A model generated the notes under the pieces. It did no database searches and had not been told where the DNA came from. It saw only the letters and a list, made by a program, of their open reading frames with translations. A stretch of DNA of 64,000 bases, from contig OZ004610.1 of the NCBI GenBank assembly GCA_963924565.1, forward strand, positions 27,900,001 to 27,964,000. Reading direction: 5' to 3'. The stretch comes from Ascidiella aspersa (lineage: Eukaryota). Numbering within the stretch: position 1 is the first letter of the stretch; each line of letters opens with the position of its first letter. Shown one piece after another: positions 34,201 to 47,400 of this stretch. The position numbers and the translations under genes were made by a program.

Positions 34201-37200
34201 ATATAACGAAAAGCGGCTTCACGTTCGAAGTTTGACCAAATTGCAAATTTCGCCATTCACCTTTAAAACAGGGTTCTTGCGGAAGCTGCTACGCATTCGC
34301 CTCGATGGCAATGCTTGAAGCCAGGATCCGTATTATGACCAACAACACCCAGACACCAGTGTTTTCACCCCAGGAGGTTGTATCCTGCAGCCAGTACGCG
34401 CAAGGTGGGTGTTAAACGTACTTTGTTGTGGCAAAATCAAGGGCTGCGGAGTCAAAGTCGGACTTGGTACTTAAGGAGTCGGTTTGTTTTGCTGGAGTCG
34501 GACTCGAACTTAAGTAAGACCACGTAGAACTAGCCGAGTCCCGAGTCCGACATGCGCAGTACAACATTTTTAAAATTGATGTGGCGGCCAACTGGAAATT
34601 GTTAAGGTGGAACAGCATTGTAAGGTCGAACATTTTCCAACCAAGTATTGTGAGTGAATGAATTATACCACACCTCTATAAGTGAAATGCGGAATTATTT
34701 TAGTTAAGCGTCATGGCTGGACTCTGGATTTACTTTTTTGCCGGAGCCGGACTCGTTATTTGTTTTCAACCGACTCCGCAACCCTGCCGAAAACCACGTT
34801 TGTATTTTAAGCGTGGAACAGCATGTTTGTTATATCCGCACCTAAAACCAATTGCTGGCCACCGAATCCCATTCCTGACCACTTGGTTTTAATGTTGATT
34901 AAAATCAGATTATAAATCTCTAAAATTAAAATAAGGCGGTAACATCAGAAACAGGCTTGACAAAATCTGTAATTAGGATTTTCGTGCGAGCGAGGCTAGA
35001 AAACACACATCAGCTCTGTGTTTGATGTTTTTGTTCTAAAAACAAAATTGTATGGTCAACTGGTCATTTTAGGGGTAAGTGCGATGTATGCAACAGTCAA
35101 CATATTCACACCGTAAAAAGGTGACTCAAGTTAAGTCACTGTAACTGAAAATTTACTAAAATGGGCTGTGATAGAAGTATTATTTAAATATAAATACGTA
35201 AACGCTACAAAAAATATCTAAACGTTAACATAGCAAGGTTATTTTTCTTTAATAATAACCTTTGTAAATGCCTGTATTTTGCTATATAAAGAAAAAATGT
35301 TTTACATTATGACAGGCTTTCGCACAATCGTGCTTGATCAGGTCCAAAGTAAAAATCATTCTAGGCTTGTCAAGATTTCAATAGGTTTTTAATACAAATT
35401 TACAATATTTCAATAGAATCATATAGTGCCAGCTGATTGCACTTTCTTTAATAAGTGATCCTAAACCACAATATTTCCATTTTTTTTCAGGTTGCGCCGG
35501 GGGCTTTCCCTACCTGATCGCCGGCAAGTACGCGCAAGACTTCGGGGTGGTCGAGGAGGGTTGTTACCCCTACAAGGGCGAGGACACCCCCAGCTGTGAG
35601 CCCGCCAAGCCCCACTGCAAGCGGCACTACGTGGCTAAGTACGAATACGTGGGCGGGTATTACGGCGCCTGCTCCGAAGCCAAAATGATGGAGGACCTTA
35701 TCGCTTACGGACCAATGGCAGTTGCCATCGAGGTTGGTGTCTGTTTCAACTTTGCCATAGCTGTCAAATTTTAATCTTACCAATGGCACTTGTCATCGAG
35801 GTTGGCAAATGCGTATTTTTGCTTATGTTTAAGATTGCCTCAGCTCAATAAGGGACTTCTAAAAGTAAGCGACCCAACATATTTTGTCCAGCAGTTCGTA
35901 ATTTACAGCGCCTATAGACACGCATCGAACAAACGTAATTTTGATATCTTGTACCACGTTTAGGTCAATCGCAAAGTGTGTAAAAATCATAACGTTTAAA
36001 TATTACATTTTGATAAAACGCGATACTGATTGCGCCTAAGACAGCGTGCTAGATAGCAGGCAGTGTTTAAAAGACATGGCCCCCAAACTTTATTTCCTAA
36101 CAATCCAATTAATTTGCGTTACGGCGATCGTTAAGCGTTATTGCCGAAAAGCTTACAACCATGTGCCTAGCTACTGCGCAGTACAACAAACAGCAATTAA
36201 TTTAACGATGCTTTATTGGCGATTCGTACAAGGCAGTACTAGACATCAACAGCCCTGTCATGTGACGGTTATCCAACCGTTACCAATGATACAGCCCAAG
36301 TATTACGCAATCACGCGCGATACACAATAAGTAGACGGATGTTTTTTGTTTCCAGTATGTTACGTTTTCCTTATCTGTGGCTCGTTTTAGATTAAAGTTT
36401 AGGCCTGCGTGTGTAGTATTGTTAAATTAGTGCCGCCGTCAAACTATATCTCACACATGCTAAGTAGAAAAATAATATATATTTTTTAAGTCCTGCCACT
36501 TACTAAAACAAATTTTGGCCTTGTAATGCATAACGCGCACCTGGAAATGTCCATTTTTCAAATAAAATTTTAGAAAAATACCTTTCATATCTGTTTAATA
36601 ATAATTTTTAAGATCATATGTAAAAAATGAAAGCACTTGTTGACCAACTTAGTACAGGGTACTACCTGTTTTCTACCGATGATCATAGTGTATGTACAGG
36701 GGCGTATCCAGAAATTCGAAAAGGGGGGGGGGTCCGAATTTTCAACTCAGGGAATTCCCCGTTGTTTTTACGTCGGACGTTAATGACGTCATAAAATAGT
36801 GACGGATATCACGTCATAAAATAGCGATGGTAATGACGTCATAAATAAGAAAAAGATCATCCGAAACAGCCAATTAACGTCCAGCAACTTAAAATTAGGG
36901 ATGCTCAAAGTAGAATATCGAATCCTTGGATTCGAATCCAATTCTGCCATTTATTTCGGGTAATTGGAACCGATATAATTTAATGTTTTACCGCGGATTG
37001 TTGCGCCTAATTGCACAAACGCGTGTGGTAAGTTGGCCTGTCGCCGCGGCGACCAATTTATAGTGCTTGCTTTAAATGTAACCTCGTAGTGCAGTGTCAG
37101 CGTTTTTTCGGGCGACCAATTACCGCGTCTCGCGATAACGTTCGTCTAATAATTAAGTGTCAATCAAGCGTTATTGGGCGAGCGGCTAACGTGTAATGTC

Positions 37201-38800
37201 TGGTGTGGAGTTTGCAATTTCCCTAAATGCGTTAAGTTGCAAGTAACATAGCGTTGCAAAACGTGCTGGCCGTCCACAAAATGCGCTATGGGGTTACTTA
37301 AGGTCAACTTTAGGCCAATATTCAGGGAAGTTATGCAGATATGCACCACGTAATTGTCAAGAATTCGTTATGTCAATAATAACTTTGTCTTCTTTGCGGT
37401 ACATCATATGACTGCATAGCAGATCATGTTAGTCAAAAAAGAAGCAATAATACTTAATAATGCTTTCAAAATCAGGACCGAATTGCTTAAGACTTTTATG
37501 TGCAGTGTTGCATTTGCTCACTTTTGGCAAAAATATAAGTTTTGGACACAACCTGGGCAGTTGACATATTACAGTTTACAGAACGGCTTAAGATGACAGA
37601 ACTTTGTTAAGAATGTTAAACATATGAGAGAGTTTTTTATTATAATGTTCACATGTTAGAAAATTGTTTGGGCTATTTTTTGCTGTGATTGTGGGCCCTG
37701 TAGGGTAGATTAAGATTAACCCCTTCCCCAAACAAAATCGAGGTTAAATAATTTAATAAAAATATACTAGGATTCGCTATTCTGGATTCGTTATTCTAGA
37801 TTCGAAACCTATTATTCTAGAATACCTTGGGATTCTACTTTGAACATCCCTACTTAAAATAGTCAAAAAGTATTTGAAATGAACTCGTGTATAGTTTGTC
37901 AAAGAGGCGACGGGCCCGATGAATTACAGTAGGTTGCCGACCCCAGTCTTACACCAACATCTGATATTAACGCAGACAACAAACAGAGAGCAACATCAGC
38001 ACCGTCTAACTCGAAGTTTTCAGAGAGAAAAAAACGGAAACCGCTTAATTTATATTATTAATTGTCAAACACACACTTGCTGATTAGCCAACCCGAACGA
38101 ATAACGAAAGGCGAAAGAGAAAAACTATCTAGCGTTTACGGTCGACCAAACAAAAGACGAAAAACGGCGTATTGCGTTTGATCTTGGTTTCGCATTAGCT
38201 TAAGACGCGTCACCCAATTACATTATAAAACACGCAGCTTTGGACGGTGAGTTTAAACGCTGAAAAAACGAACAAAAAACGATAATGTCACTTACGAAAA
38301 GGGGGGGTCCGAACCCCCAACCCGTCCTAATTGCAAATCATCGCAGAGATTCTATGTTGTTTGGTATCGACACCTCTCTAGTATCGGACCGCTACGATTA
38401 CCACCCATTTGCGTCGTCGAGTTTTGGCACCGTTGTGATATTATAGGGCATTCCTATCGGTGACTATGCAGAGAGTAAACCAGTCGATCCAAACATCGCG
38501 ATTTTTGTCCAGGTCTACCCAGACTTCCAGCAGTACAAGTCCGGCATCTACCATCACGTGACCAGCGTTGACCAATCGCAGCCCGAGCTTGGCTACAACC
38601 CGTTCGAACTGACCAATCACGCCGTTCTGGTGGTGGGCTACGGCGCTGATCAGAAGACGGGCGAGAAGTACTGGATCGTTAAGAACAGTTGGGGCGAAAA
38701 CTGGGGCGAGGGGGGCTACGTGAGGGTGAAAAGGGGTGTCGACGAGATTGCAATCGAGAGTCTTGCCCAGCAGAGCTTCCCCATACCAGATCTAGAGTGA
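31288..38800 (+). CDS. CTSC: Cathepsin C / dipeptidyl peptidase I, 8 exons (31288-31447, 31855-31955, 32048-32286, 32695-32859, 33249-33369, 34272-34404, 35491-35732, 38513-38800)
   Basis: Signal peptide + DTPANC exclusion domain, [17 protein letters not shown]|GSCGSCYAF (catalytic Cys), [19 protein letters not shown] (His), KNSWG (Asn); all introns GT-AG with matching phases. Confidence 0.97.
33044..33106. mobile_element. 63-bp minimal hAT MITE, TSD CTGTACAC
   Basis: CAGGGTTTCCCAAGC...GGTTGGGAACCCCTG flanked by an exact 8-bp duplication. Confidence 0.85.
36896..37852. mobile_element. hAT non-autonomous element in CTSC intron 7, TSD CTTAAAAT
   Basis: TAGGGATGCTCAAAGTAGAAT...ATTCTACTTTGAACATCCCTA with exact TSD; apparently nested in an older element starting CAGGGGCGTATCCAG near 36697. 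Confidence 0.9.
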
Positions 38801-39828
38801 TTTTTTTTTGTCCGAAAAAGTTCAGAAATCCGCCTCGCTGTCATTTTTTGTTGATCTTTCATTTTTTTTGTTTATGTGAGCATCACTGTTTTTTTTTCGG
38901 CCATTTCACTTTGTGTTACAAAATCCACCATCCTTGCAATATGCGCTCGTATTTTGTCGCTTTTTGAAGACGACAATTCCAACTAAAAACTTTTGATGTA
39001 ATTATCGAAATTCGAGACCTCACCCTAACGCAGCCTAAGCTTTTTAATCGCCGACGACCTAACAATTAAATTTGGATCGCGTTAACCAGGATCGGCACAG
39101 AATTCTTATAGACGAGATAATTAAATGACGTCATAAAAAAACCTAGACTTAACCTGAAAGTTGATGGTCAAACAAATGTAAAACTGAAATTACTTCTAAA
39201 TGCATTAGGTCTTTTTCAATTAAATTATTTTTTTTTCAAACTCTACACCAATATTTTAATTAGGTTTTCATGGACCACCCCCTAAACACCTGGTCCACGT
39301 ACCCCCAATGATGAAACCCAGTTTAATCACCCCTGCTGACGTATTTTTAACATGTTTTCTCAGTTTTGTGATATTACTTGGTGAATTTAGTTCAGATTTC
39401 TGTTTACTTCTCATTTTTTTATTCGCAAGATAAGTTTTGTTGTTTAGAGTTTCTTTACTTGAAAAATACAAGTTCTGTAGAATTAGAAAGAGCATGCTAA
39501 AAAGACGTTTCGATAAAGGCTTATTGGTTTTTGTGTGTTTAAGAGAATAATGTGTAAAGACGATTTTACCGATTGACCAAAAAACATTTGTAATATGTTT
39601 CTATTTTTGTTCAGAATCGGTTTTATTATTTGATTTCATATATAAATATATTTAATCTTGATTTTTTCGAAAAATATTGATCGTGGTGGTCTACAATAAA
39701 ATTTACCACAATCGTGTCCTTCGTTTACATAAAGGGATTGATTCAACCACAATGGCAAAAACACTATTTTAAACAGTGTGTTTATAGTAATAAAAAGCAT
39801 TGATTGATTACTATTGGGGCCTATGATT

Positions 39829-40217
39829 CAGTGTTGTAATGACTTAAGTCGCTGTTTTTAAATGACTTGACTTGACTTAAGTCTTTTGAGCAAATGACTT
39901 TGACTTGGGTTAAAATAAATTGTTTTAATTATAAAATTGCGTTATTCAGCCCAATCTTTGCACATAAAAGAATTTGCTTGTTATATGCTGCTTTTATGTT
40001 ATTTTTAACTTGAGTTGCTCATAATAATCGGAGGAGTTTGCCGGTTTTCATAATTTAAAGTTTTATTTTTTTGACTGGGCTGGACTTGAAATTGACTTGC
40101 TCTAATTATGACTTGACTTGGGCAACCGATGACTGGGACTTGACTTGTACTTAAGTTATTTTACGAATGACTTGACTGGGACTTAAGTCATTTCAAAATG
40201 ACTTGTTTACAACACTG
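39829..40217. mobile_element. hAT MITE with GACTT subterminal repeats, TSD CTATGATT
   Basis: CAGTGTTGTAA...TTACAACACTG; exact 8-bp TSD. Confidence 0.9.
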
Positions 40218-40370
40218 CTATGATTTGACCAAAATGCACACTTGAATTGTTGGAAAGCTAAACTTTCAACAAAATGTTACCCTTATCACACTACTATTCT
40301 CAGAAATTGTAATAAACTTCAGGTAAAATGAAGAAAAAACAACGTTTAAGACACAATGTTCTCTCTAAAT

Positions 40371-40641
40371 CAGTGCTCCCCAACCAGTGGGTCGCGAAGC
40401 ATTTCTCAGTGTTACAGTTTTCCATCAGATCGTGACATTATTGCATTATACGTAACATTATGCTACAATGTAACAAATACGTAAAATAAATGCGTTGCGT
40501 CGCATTAACTGTTTCAGTACGCCAGTAGTAAATATGCAGGTGTTATGTAACTTTATACGTTGGGGCATATCTCATTGTGGGTCGCACAACAAACCTTGCA
40601 TTAAAAGTGGATAGCGAACTAAAAAAGGTTGGAAAGCATTG
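40371..40641. mobile_element. Charlie-type hAT MITE, TSD CTCTAAAT
   Basis: CAGTGCTCCCCAACC...GGTTGGAAAGCATTG; exact 8-bp TSD. Confidence 0.88.
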
Positions 40642-43506
40642 CTCTAAATGCAACAATAACAACAACAAAGTTTCATCCTATATCGCTCTAACAAGGTTCC
40701 CTAAACTACAACCCGCAATGTAATTTTGTCAGCTCTCGACATTCTCCTAACGTATGTAGTTAAATAGTTGATGCAATTCAATAGGAAATATTTAAGAAAT
40801 ATTATACTAAACAAGAATTTCATAAAGTTTGGTACAGCATTCGCTTAACCATAGTCATTTACGTTTGCAAAAATTGTTACTAATGTTACGTGGTCTCAAC
40901 ATGGCTATGGTGGTTCAATGGTAAGCCACAAAGCTAAAAAAGTTCAAGATTTATGAAATTTCAATAAAAAAGTCTAGTTAAAGAACACCGCATTTGACGG
41001 ATTTCCATAAAGAGTGAAATTTTGTTTTGTTGACAGAATTTGGACGAACGACCCGGATATATATTCAAAAAAGATTTTGTTAGTTGCAAAGTTCTTTTTG
41101 GAACAGCACCCAGGAGCTACAAAGACTTATGTCTCATATCCTAAGCACATCTTCCATTGGGAGATGTTTTCAGTTAGCTTATTTCTCTGCAGAACAATTT
41201 TAACCTTACTTGTCACTGTCATAAAATGTGAGTAGCTTGCTTATATTCACAGTGACACTTATACCTATACAACAGTGAAACAATAAGTTTTCGTTACCGT
41301 ACCACACCTATAGCCACTCAAACCTTCGATTAAACCAAATTAACAAATTTTAAAATTAAACAAAACACTCACCACACAATGTTTTTTTACAGATCTTCTT
41401 TGTTGTTTTCTGCTATAAACCGAGACAAACATCTTCAAACTAGCAGTATCTGCCATAAACCAGATACATCTTTTCAATATTTAATCAAAATAAACCACTG
41501 GCATACAGCATGGTTAGCTAAAAAGGTGTTAAAAGCAGTCGCTTGCCGCGCAAATGACGTAAATTGCCAATTAGTTCCGCACCAACAATTTGCAAACTAG
41601 TCGATGCTATGGGACAGGTGTGTAACTGGATTGTAGTTTGTTTTATGGAATAAACTTATATATATCAATTCGCTTGGTATAAGAGTGGCAATCAACTTAA
41701 CAAGGCATGATTTTAACTTTTTCAAAGGGGAAGTTTTTCTCCGTGTTTTTTAAATAAATTATGTCTCAATTCCCAAAGTTTGTATGCGCATTCTGATCAC
41801 ATGACATTCGCCCTAAAATAAATTTAAGTTTATCACATATTCAGAAAAGTAAAAGTGCGCTTTATATTAAAACCTAAACCTAAACAGTTGTTCCTACAAA
41901 ACAGAGACAAAAAGCGCATGTAGAAAGTTTATCAATCATAACGTTGTCTTATTGTAAGATATTCTGCATGCATACAGTTATTAAAGGGAAAGTATTTCCT
42001 CGTTGTGAAAACAATTCGTTTAAGCCAATCATAGGCCTACCTCATTGCAACGCCCAAAAAGAGGAGAAATATTACAATGAAATGGAGTTTTACATAATAG
42101 AATATATCTCTTCTTTTCGAGTAATTGCACACATGCAAAAAATACAGCATATAATGTTCAAAAACAAATAAAAAATTTACCATGAATAATTGGTGTTTCT
42201 TACTTTTTTTATTCTTCATAGGAAACATCTTTAAGAATTAAACTCAAACTGTCGCCGAAAAGTCACGTAAAATTCTGTTAAAACGTTAAGCAAAAACGCA
42301 ATTTGTATTTGGAGGAGTTTGATGCGTTTTTAGTGTCCTCAGAGGGGTGTTCATTTTACTTCGGAAACTAGGGGAAATCCTTCTAAGAAGACGTATATAT
42401 AATTCCTAAAGTATCAACTATATAATTTAATTATTTTGAGTTTCTCTGAATATGTGTAATTTGACGTTTTGCAGCGTTGGACAGTGTTGTTAAGGACAAC
42501 AAAAACCTTTAGGTCGTCAGCATTCATATTTGAAATTTGAGCGTGTGTTATGCGGAAGCTTACTTAACTTAACCACGTGTAAATTCACGTCAGTTTTTAT
42601 TGTCAAAAACTGAACTGCTAAAAATTTACTTGCCTCCTATTTTAAACCGAACGACGGTTTGTTAGCAGACAACACGTTACTGTTTAGCGCCGTGTATAAT
42701 TTAATAATTTTAATGCTAAAAGCGAGATTAAAGGTCTTACAACCACAGGAAATCATTATGTGGTTACACCTTTTTGTGATTCTTGGTCGTTAGCAAACAT
42801 CAAAGCTGAAGCATAATAAAAACATAACACGTAAATATCGAATTGTTGAGAAATTATATTTCACGGTTATAACGCAACATTTATTCAACAAACCACCAAC
42901 GATAAATATAGGTTTGCTAATTACCACCAAACCACATTTGAGGAAATTGAGAGAAGTTGGTTTTATAATACAAGTTGCAATGTAAATCGAACGAAACTTA
43001 ACTCGTTTCAATTTTTTTAACAAGTAAACAACAACAAAAACTACAACAACAACGCTAATGGGTTCAATCTTTTCGGAACAACAATTTACCAAAGGATAGA
43101 GTAGCCTGAGCTCTTTTACAACCGTAGTCCACACTTGACTCTTTAAAGGTGCATTTTTTTTGTTCAGCCTGAATACTATAACAAGAGAACCATGATATTT
43201 CAGGCCATAACAAAGCACCATCATATCATTGAAATTCGTACTTGTCAACCTATGGGTCGCTACTCAAATTTTGTCGCAAGCCATATAAGCTTGGGAACCA
43301 CTGGTTTACGTGGTAAGATTTGTTAAGATTAGTTCTGAGCAAGATTTCTCCAAATTAGAACGAGCTAAAGAAGCAAGAAAAGAAACATGGCCCATATTAA
43401 GTCAAACCTACTTATGCTATTGACTAATTGGAGTTGGGTCGCCAAATCCTTGCCGACTTGTGCTTATTATTTTCGTGCAGTGCAAAAAAGTTCGAGAACC
43501 ACTGTT

Positions 43507-44469
43507 TTAAATGTTCGGCGTGCTTACAGCTTCAACTTTAGCTGCTTGAGCAGTGTGAAAGTTGCGCGGGCCGGCTTTCTTGGCCCGATTGCTGAAAGCG
43601 ACTATTTCCGTCCAATTTTCGAAAGAGAGCACAGCGAACATCACGTGGAGACACATGTCGATACTGTAAATTAAGTTAATATGATGCAACGCGTTGTCAC
43701 GATGCAAGTTGATCATAAACGATAGAGCCACGTCACAAGCTAAACCACAAGCTGTGATCGCTGCTATACGTTTGGCGACGCGCAAAATCTCTTGCGCGTG
43801 TCTGCCGCGCAAATGAGAGCGCAGCGGAAAGAGGAACTGGAAAACCAACGATGCTCGTGCCACCCACATCACACTGACCAGCAAATACTCCGGACAACTG
43901 GAAATCGAAACCGGACCGTCGTCGGTGCAGCCAGTTCCAGAATCTTCAGTCGCATGAACGTACGCGTAATAAGACTGAACCGCGAATATACCGAAAAGGT
44001 ACAGCGACAGTATCGACCATTTGAAAAGTTTCAACAGCGGGTTGATGTCCTGTATAATGGATATGTTTACATACAGGTAATGGAGTCTCAGCCAAAAAAG
44101 CAAGTAATAACATAAAAAGAAATATAGAAAACAAATAACGCCCAAAATGGTGGCAATCCTGCAGTAAACCTGTGACCCAACGCCATGCTCTAGGTCTAGG
44201 TTGAGAACAACTTGGTCAGAAACCAAACCTATTAAGCCGAAAACAAACGTTGAAAGGCTAACGAAGTAAATTGGCCTGCGGGTGACCTTCATCCCGTACG
44301 AAGAGTTCCCAGCCTTTTTCCATTTTCCGCTGCGTATCCCGTAAACCACGAAGCTGCCGATGAGCCAAATTAAGCCGACAATTTCAATAACGTTCAAGGC
44401 CCTTGCTGCTGCATTCCATTCGGGTGGACCCAGTCGAGAAAAATTACCGGACTCGTTTCCTTTCAACAT
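43507..44469 (-). CDS. Orphan intronless 7TM (GPCR-like) protein, copy A
   Basis: 320 aa, about seven hydrophobic segments, N-terminal sequons (NES, NFS), Cys at top of TM3 (YCR) and in loop 2 (GC), TM3 end motif YLLFWLRLHYLY. Confidence 0.85.
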   Translation of the reverse strand: MLKGNESGNFSRLGPPEWNAAARALNVIEIVGLIWLIGSFVVYGIRSGKWKKAGNSSYGMKVTRRPIYFVSLSTFVFGLIGLVSDQVVLNLDLEHGVGSQVYCRIATILGVICFLYFFLCYYLLFWLRLHYLYVNISIIQDINPLLKLFKWSILSLYLFGIFAVQSYYAYVHATEDSGTGCTDDGPVSISSCPEYLLVSVMWVARASLVFQFLFPLRSHLRGRHAQEILRVAKRIAAITACGLACDVALSFMINLHRDNALHHINLIYSIDMCLHVMFAVLSFENWTEIVAFSNRAKKAGPRNFHTAQAAKVEAVSTPNI

Positions 44470-47400
44470 TTCAGGAAGTTTCCAAGGTTGAGAAATGAAA
44501 TCCCAAACAAGCGTTCTTGAAAATATAGTTATATACTGATAACTTCTTTAAGTTGGAAAATTATAGATTATTAAAAAGTAAAGTTGGGTTTGAAATAAAA
44601 CTGTACATTAACTGTAAAATAAAGAGGTAAAGAACACCTTCATAATGCAAAATGATTTATTTCAGACGAAAGTAAACAAGTAGGCTACCTTCACATCTCA
44701 TTTTTTGCAACTTAAATCATATTACAAAGTGTTTATATTATGCAAAACGAATGTTGTGTTTGCATTACCTACTTCGAAAACGTTTGCCGAAACCAGTTCT
44801 GTTGCCGAAACTAGTTCTGTTGAAATATTTTTCTTATACACAATATTTTTTACCATAGCTTTGTACTGCTGACTACAAACCCAACATTATGTCTAAATCG
44901 CTATAGCTTATATACAGCACATAGTCACCAGTTAAAAGTGCTTGCTATAGCAATTTTTACTGCCGTCTAATTAACTACAATACTCTCCTGTCACTTATTG
45001 AGATTCACCTAAGTTAATAACATAGGCATTTATTTCTATATGACAAAATAAAGTGATGCAACACAAATGTAGACTCTTGTGCGTCTTGCAAGTCAAATAT
45101 ATAACATCCTAGATAATTTTTCTATTATTCCCAAAAGCTCTAATCTAATTGCATTTCGGCACTCTTTTAAAAAGAATTACCGTCTGGGCTTTGATACAAA
45201 TATCATGTATTGCCGAAACCTATATTCAATCCCAAACGCCACTTTTCCCAATCATCTTAACGCGCCAGGAAAAATACTACCAGGATGCGTCTGTCTACGG
45301 TCGCGGTTAAATACCAAGAAATAATGGCCTGCGTAAACCCTTTGTGATGTGAAGCAACCAACTCTGCTGGGATTGACATTTCCTGAACATGTTCGCCTTG
45401 GAATACCTGTCCCCGCTCTATAATAGGCTAGGTCAAGTAAAATTTAGGGCGTTGGTCAAGTTAAAAAATATATCTACAGTACATTGAAACTTCGCAAGGA
45501 ATAGCGGGTCGGCAAGATTTTACAAAGAATTCGAAAGTCATTTTGTCCATTGAAAGACAGAGGGAGCAAGTCCAAACCGACATCCTTCTGTAGCTGATCA
45601 ACGGTTCGCAAAATTTGACAATAATTACAGTCGCTCGCCAAATCATCACATTTTAGACTTTGCTGTAGATTATTTTTGACTTTTCCAAGTAGATAAAAAT
45701 TTCCGAATTCGGGAAAACTGCAAATCTAACTAAAATCAGAGACAAAAATTTCTACGCATATAATGTCACTTTTTAGGCTGAATGATTGAACTGCATAGCT
45801 GAACCTTGCTTCCTCTAATAAGAATAAAAATCACCTTTGGACAAAATAGCATTTTGATAAAATTGATTATTAGTAGGGCGATTATTTTTTGACTAGTCAA
45901 AAAAATTACACGTTAGGTCAAAATTATTTCAGGTGAAAATCTTTACAAAATGCACGAACATCATTTACAAAATTAACAAAACTTGTGGTAAAATTGTCGC
46001 TCAAGTTATTATTTTAACAAAATTAGAGTATGCGGTATATGCGAGCAGGCATAATCAACCATGCATGCCTTGTTTATCGCATTAGGTTCAGACCGAACTT
46101 CGTTTTTGCCTCTGATAATTGTGTATTCCTGAATTCATAAAAATGTATTGAACAGTTTTTGATGAGTGTTTTTTCGTTTTTTTTTCGGTATTTATAAATA
46201 TGTTCGGTTTCGAAATTTTTGCTGGTCTTGTTACCTTGTATTTCCACCACACTGCTTTCTGAACAATTTTCTAAAACAACCAACATCTTGTTTTTCTTTG
46301 GTCTAATTGTTTGTTTGTTTGATATGCAAAAAATATCAACTATATAAGCGTTCATAAGTTTTGCATAATCCCAACAAAATATATGATTCGTTAACCACCA
46401 ATCGTCAGTAAAACATCAAAACAAATGACTGACGACGAAGCAATACACTAATTGCAGTACTTTATAGTTTGTAGTTTATACAACAAAGCATTGCTTAAAT
46501 CAATATATGTTTTTATTGGTAAAATTTTTGTCAAAAAAATATATTTATAGGTCCAAAGATAAATTTTTTAGGTAAAAATGTATTACTTTTAAGTCAAAAA
46601 ATAATCTCCCTAAAGTTAGATAGCAACTAAAATTGGAGCACACAATTTACAACTAGTGCTTGACGTCAAGTGACGAAGAATCTGTACTTATGAAGGGGTT
46701 TCCCCACTGAGTGCAGTGATAGCAGCATGGTCGGTGATTGCGGGTCTTTTGCTTTAAGAAGCTTCAGAGAGCCCACAGACCGATAGGACAGGTTAGTTGC
46801 AACAACTGTTTGGTGCTAATTACAAGCAATTCGAAATTGGAACGCACAATCAATTTAACTTGTGATGGTCAAATCGATGAATGACTTTAATGAGTGTCTC
46901 ACTTTACTATATGTGTGATGTATATTAAATACTTTTTTATTGTTTAAAATTACTGTCAAATGCATTTGGGATTATTTTAGTGCAGGAAATATTTAGCAAA
47001 CTGTTTATATAGGAAATTGTAATGCTAGCTATGTTTTTGTAAACTTTACTCTATCATTTTGGCTCCAAGCAATGCATCCCCGCCTTAAATAACTTAACCA
47101 TATAAAAATATGCTGCATAACGCAACGTAAACACCTGTTGTAAAATGTTTGGTAACCCTTGCGTTGGAAGAATTTGCTAAATTTAAAAGAAGTGCCAATG
47201 GGACCATGTTAGTGCGACTGTTACTTTTGACTGGGGAGGATTAACAACCGCTATATCAAGTAAGACAAAGTATTAGTAAAAAAGTTACTTTTTCCTGCTA
47301 AATTTGGAAAGGGTTTCAAAGTTTGCTTCTATATACAAGTTAATGGTGTAATAATTCTTTTAAACGGAATTTATTCGTTATTTATTGGGAATATCGAAAC

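Noticed and set aside
43792-44115. Conserved antisense ORFs in 7TM copies (also 51203-51526) and shifted-frame ORFs in CRAL-TRIO copies
   Set aside because: Their conservation follows from duplication of the sense genes; no independent motifs.
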